DNA from: Mizuhopecten yessoensis
Taxonomy: Eukaryota
Length of the DNA stretch: 64,000 nucleotides
NCBI RefSeq assembly: GCF_002113885.1
Contig: NW_018405386.1
Coordinates: forward strand, 902,921-966,920
Direction: 5' to 3'
The translations under genes and the position numbers were made by a program. Under the pieces are notes generated by a model. The model saw nothing but the letters and a program-made list of their open reading frames with translations, ran no database searches and was not told the DNA's origin. Positions 60,661-64,000 of the stretch are shown piece by piece; position 1 is the stretch's first letter; the number at the start of each line of letters is the position of its first letter.

Positions 60661-63600
60661 ACATTAAAGGATTTTAAGTCACATATCAAACGACTGTCTT
60701 GAAATGCATTTGGTGTTCTCAAATAAAAAATGTTTAAAATGTAAATAAAACATTATGTAATATATTTGTATACTGCTCGGCTCCGCTTTATTTATTACGC
60801 TTCACAAGATGTTTGTATCTTGCTTCACAAACAGAAAGTGTTAGAAATGTAAATAAAACATTTTACAATATGTATTTTCCTCTTATTTATGACGGTGCAT
60901 AAGAGGTTTTCATTTTACTTTTCTAAGTTTTAAACCCGATACGGACTATTAAACAACACACCAATTCACCGACGATTACACTCAGGGGTTTAAGGTATAT
61001 AGTAGCAGTTTGTACTTGTTCGTTTAAATTCCCTCTCTACACGAACAGCCATATAAAACATTTGCTAATACAAAGACTGTATGGTCGAACGCCAGATCGA
61101 ACATTGATATTTCAGGGTTATTTGGTTAGCGAACAAGTGGCAAATCACCGACATTTCGCCTCGTCGATAGTTTTGACAGCCATGATGTATATCGTATACT
61201 GCAAACCTGTTGACATTGTGTGTGATATCTATGTTGGATTTCCTCTGTAAATTTTTATATACATAATGGATTTCGAACGGTAGGCTCCCTACCTATGATT
61301 TACCTGTGATCTACCTGTGAGAGGTAGTTATCTACGTTAGATTTACCAGTGTTGTCTAGCGAGTGAGAGCCGTATTTATAGTTACCCGACATTGTATGTT
61401 CGATCAAGGATTTGACTGCTTGAACAATCATCGCAGTGAAAGGTAACGTTTAATCTTTTAACACTTTTAATAGGAATTATCTGCTCAAGGTAAATTACCA
61501 AAATGCCGGAAGCAACATGTTTCAATACTTGTCTAAATTTCTGTCATAATATGTCTGTATCAATAGTGAACGATAATATGTAGCTTTTCGCTGACATAAA
61601 TATATATTCAACTGATTTACGATAAATAATATGGTGAATTTATGACTTTGTGAATGAAATTTTGTGCTAAATATCCTGCAGATATCATAATTTATTATCC
61701 ACAACAGATTAAAAAAAGGATATGATTCACATTTACATGTATACGTAACATGTTGTATAAAATATCTGGAGATGTATGTAAAATGGGGGGAAAATACCAC
61801 AGCGTTACTTTAAAACAGAATTCAATAATCACGTAGCTTCACCATAATCATGAGAAAACGGTTCTAAAATTAAAGGTACTACTTAGAATAGCAGTATCCC
61901 TTACAAGTGCTCCAGTGTCGCTGTGACACACACGGTCCTAAGTAAGTTTGTTGTCTCCAAGTAAAGAGAAAGGTATACATGTTTTATGATTCCACTGAGG
62001 AAGTTTTCGACTTTTATTCGTCACCGTTGTACCCAACATTTTGTTATAGTATAACTACCCATTACGACAAAATCAGACAAGACACTGACATGTATAACGC
62101 CATTCTGATTCACCGTTCACAGAGTCCTTTTGTTTTGCTATCACCTTGGTTCCTGGTGATGCCATTGTTTTCTTTGATTTTCATTTCACTCTTGGTGATT
62201 GTTTACCGTTTTGTATATACATTATTGAATAACGAAACATACCGATGGTTTGACACTCGGGCATTTAAAATATTCGTAAACACCAGCCAAACTTCCATCT
62301 AAGTAAGAAAACAAAGGGTGATACCCTAACCTTTACACAAACACACGACACCGCTGTCGACCGCTTTCTCGACAGCTGACAATTCTATTATATACACATA
62401 AACGAAGACCTTCGAGACAACCCGAGTATGAAATAATATGTTATCAAAAGGTTTAAAATCCACGAAACATCAATCATTGGAGATTGAACATCCACCATGA
62501 CGCCGATCCGTTTCCACAATAATCTAAGGGATATGATAGCACGCCTAATTAGATCGACATTCCGCGAGGTACACAGACACAAATTGTGCCATTAGGGAGG
62601 TAAATATTGCCATTCAATATTTTCAACACTGACATTGACACTGCCGATGAAATCCATCAATACATTCTAACCATCTAACCCCGATTTTTCATCGAATTTT
62701 ACCTGCATGGCTGCTCAGTAAATGAACATTATACAGAATCAAAGCTGAAACTAGATACCCGATACTTCCCTGTAGTATTTATAAAGGTTATAAATTCATA
62801 TTAAAGCGATACTGTTCGTTTTAATAAAACTTTTGTCCATTGCATATAACTAATGATGAAGGTAATTAATGAAACTACAATAGAAACAAAAGCGAAAGAA
62901 AGGTAAACACGAACCTCACTTAATTCCATTGTCATAATAATGTTTTGCAGTCATGCATTTACTTAGTCGGCATTCAGTCAAGTTCATTTTGAAATCGGAA
63001 TACCAGTATAAAAGTTTTCACCTACAATTGCACACCATTATACCAAATAGAATGAAGGGCGTATGGAGGTTTGCACATAGAAAATATTACATTTAAAGCT
63101 CATTGAGTAGCATTTTATCATTATCTTTTCAAAATCGAAATTGGCATATCACAGATATTCATATTTGTATAACTATGTTGGGGATATTCTATCCGTGGAT
63201 CATGCTGACGTATGGAGCACTGTGGAGACGTACTTCAATACACCATGTGTAATCTTTTGTTCGTGTATTTTTTTCTGGATATAATCAGCCATGGTATTGT
63301 GTATATATACTATTACCCGTTCTTCATTAGTCTACAGTTAACTTTCTCCAATAGTCGTGATCAGACATTGGTGGTTGAGAATACTGAGTATAGTTAAAGA
63401 CGACTTATTACAATGTCACATTCAAGTAGACTAGCATAACTAAATGACGCACATTTCTGACAAAACCGTTTTCGAAGTGTTCTTTTTTTCTATTATAATT
63501 ATTCCTTCAGAAAGTAATAATTAATATTTCTACAATACATGACTGGAAGAGGCCGAGTTAAATATATTTTATTTTCAAAACATTATGATGTAACTGTTAT

Positions 63601-64000
63601 CTGACAGCTAGTCTTCCGAATTCTCGCTGCCATAACAAGGTAATGATCATGACCGAAACATATATAATATATGACCTATGGACCCACAGGAAGAGAAAAT
63701 AAAAAAGTAAAAAATACGGCATAGGTACTCCAAACATAAATATGGAAACTTATTACTAAACTTTATAGTGATATTTCACAATCTCTTTAAGTTTATATTG
63801 TTACATCAAATGAATAAAAGGGAAAATACTCTTTCGGCAAACTAGTTTAATAGCGGCTCATTGCCCTTTACGCTGTATTCTACATCTGTTTCTAAGCACC
63901 TTAGCCATGTTTTTAAAAATACTTTTGACCTTTGCCTTTATTGACGAGTCTAAAGTGGACAAAATGGTCATATGGTGCGGTGCAATAAATCATTACTCTG

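Noticed and set aside
60050-60722. Hydrophobic Phe/Leu-rich ORFs resembling membrane proteins
   Set aside because: They are a compositional artefact of an A-rich degenerate repeat.

Overview
AT-rich, intron-rich animal genomic DNA, not prokaryotic. The repeat repertoire (V-domain SINEs, Helentron/HINE-like elements, TTAA MITEs) suggests a bivalve mollusc, which is an inference. Four protein genes were reconstructed by hand from splice sites and reading frames: VPS35L/C16orf62 (minus, about 26 exons, 9007-31018); MED9 (plus, 2 exons, 31246-34546), head-to-head with VPS35L and carrying an intact tRNA-Lys(TTT) in its intron; an intronless GEMIN6 (plus, 34804-35340) only 257 nt after the MED9 stop; and RAD54B (minus, about 26 coding exons, 39869-54647). 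Introns and intergenic DNA hold many MITEs, SINEs, a decayed CR1/L2-type LINE and minisatellites. Two observations stand out. (1) MED9 and GEMIN6 look like one transcription unit: the spacer has no ATG and no AATAAA/ATTAAA, and it contains a CAG acceptor that would splice MED9 exon 1 in frame onto GEMIN6. (2) At least four VPS35L intronic tandem arrays are amplified copies of the neighbouring exon end plus its 5' splice donor. One array has 13 extra intact GTAAGA donors, while two others have mostly lost the donor (GT>AT). Exon coordinates were read by eye and may be off by a few nt.
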